64,000 nt of DNA from contig OZ037765.1 of assembly GCA_964035545.1 (NCBI GenBank), positions 17,112,995 through 17,176,994 of the forward strand, read 5' to 3'. The stretch comes from Bugula neritina (Eukaryota; Animalia; Bryozoa). Under the pieces are notes generated by a model that saw only the letters and a list, made by a program, of their open reading frames with translations, ran no database searches and was not told the DNA's origin. This document shows, piece by piece, positions 63,521 to 64,000 of this stretch (position 1 is its first letter; every line of letters begins with the position of its first letter). A program made the position numbers and the translations under genes.

Positions 63521-64000
63521 CTGTAACAATATCAACAATGATAATATTCGATTTACATGTCTTCTTACATGAATAATGCATAAGTGACGGGCAAATTCTT
63601 TCTTAGATCTATTATTATAATACAAATATACATAATAGGCCCTATATAAAAATAAATTATTTTTCTCAAGTCGATTGGTTAAAAATTGACAGCTTACGGT
63701 TCTCATGATGGGTAACATATCTAATGCTATTGTGATAAAGTAAGAACTACTCAAGAACCAGTCCTATAAGCTACAAGCATTACACAACACTTGCAATGGC
63801 TTCAATATGCTACTTTTTTGTTAAACTAATTTTCTACTGCAATTTTATGTGACAGTTGCTTCAAACAGAAAACATGTAGTAGTGCAGCCCTTTGATTTTC
63901 ATCTGTCAGATTAATGCATTTTGGAAAAATTACTGCAGGTAGGTGCTATGAGTCCAGCTTGCCATATGCTATAGCTTATAAGTTTTAAAATTAATAATAT

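Overview
AT-rich, intron-rich animal (invertebrate-like) nuclear DNA with four spliced genes, all on the minus strand. I assembled each by hand from GT-AG sites with matching phases. (1) The 5' part of a secreted or cell-surface Ig I-set gene, possibly neuregulin/vein-like, which probably continues past the left edge. (2) A complete RBFOX/fox-1 splicing-factor gene. Its 93-nt RRM exon has TGCATG built into both splice sites, and there are several candidate alternative first exons. (3, 4) A tandem pair of unusual RGM (repulsive guidance molecule)-like genes. Copy 1 is complete (14 exons, about 784 aa): signal peptide, CX3C-X10-CX3C pro-segment, RLRR furin site, RGM_N-like 6-Cys region, extra insert, GDPH autocleavage site, vWD/RGM_C-like domain, Thr-rich stalk and GPI signal. 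Copy 2 is cut by the right edge. The cysteines that link the two cleaved halves in canonical RGMs appear to be lost. The duplication also placed a copy of DNA from upstream of RBFOX next to the start of copy 1. Introns contain RTE LINE fragments, a Buster-type hAT remnant with an 8-bp TSD, MITE/foldback elements and microsatellites. Most entries in the supplied ORF track are spurious.
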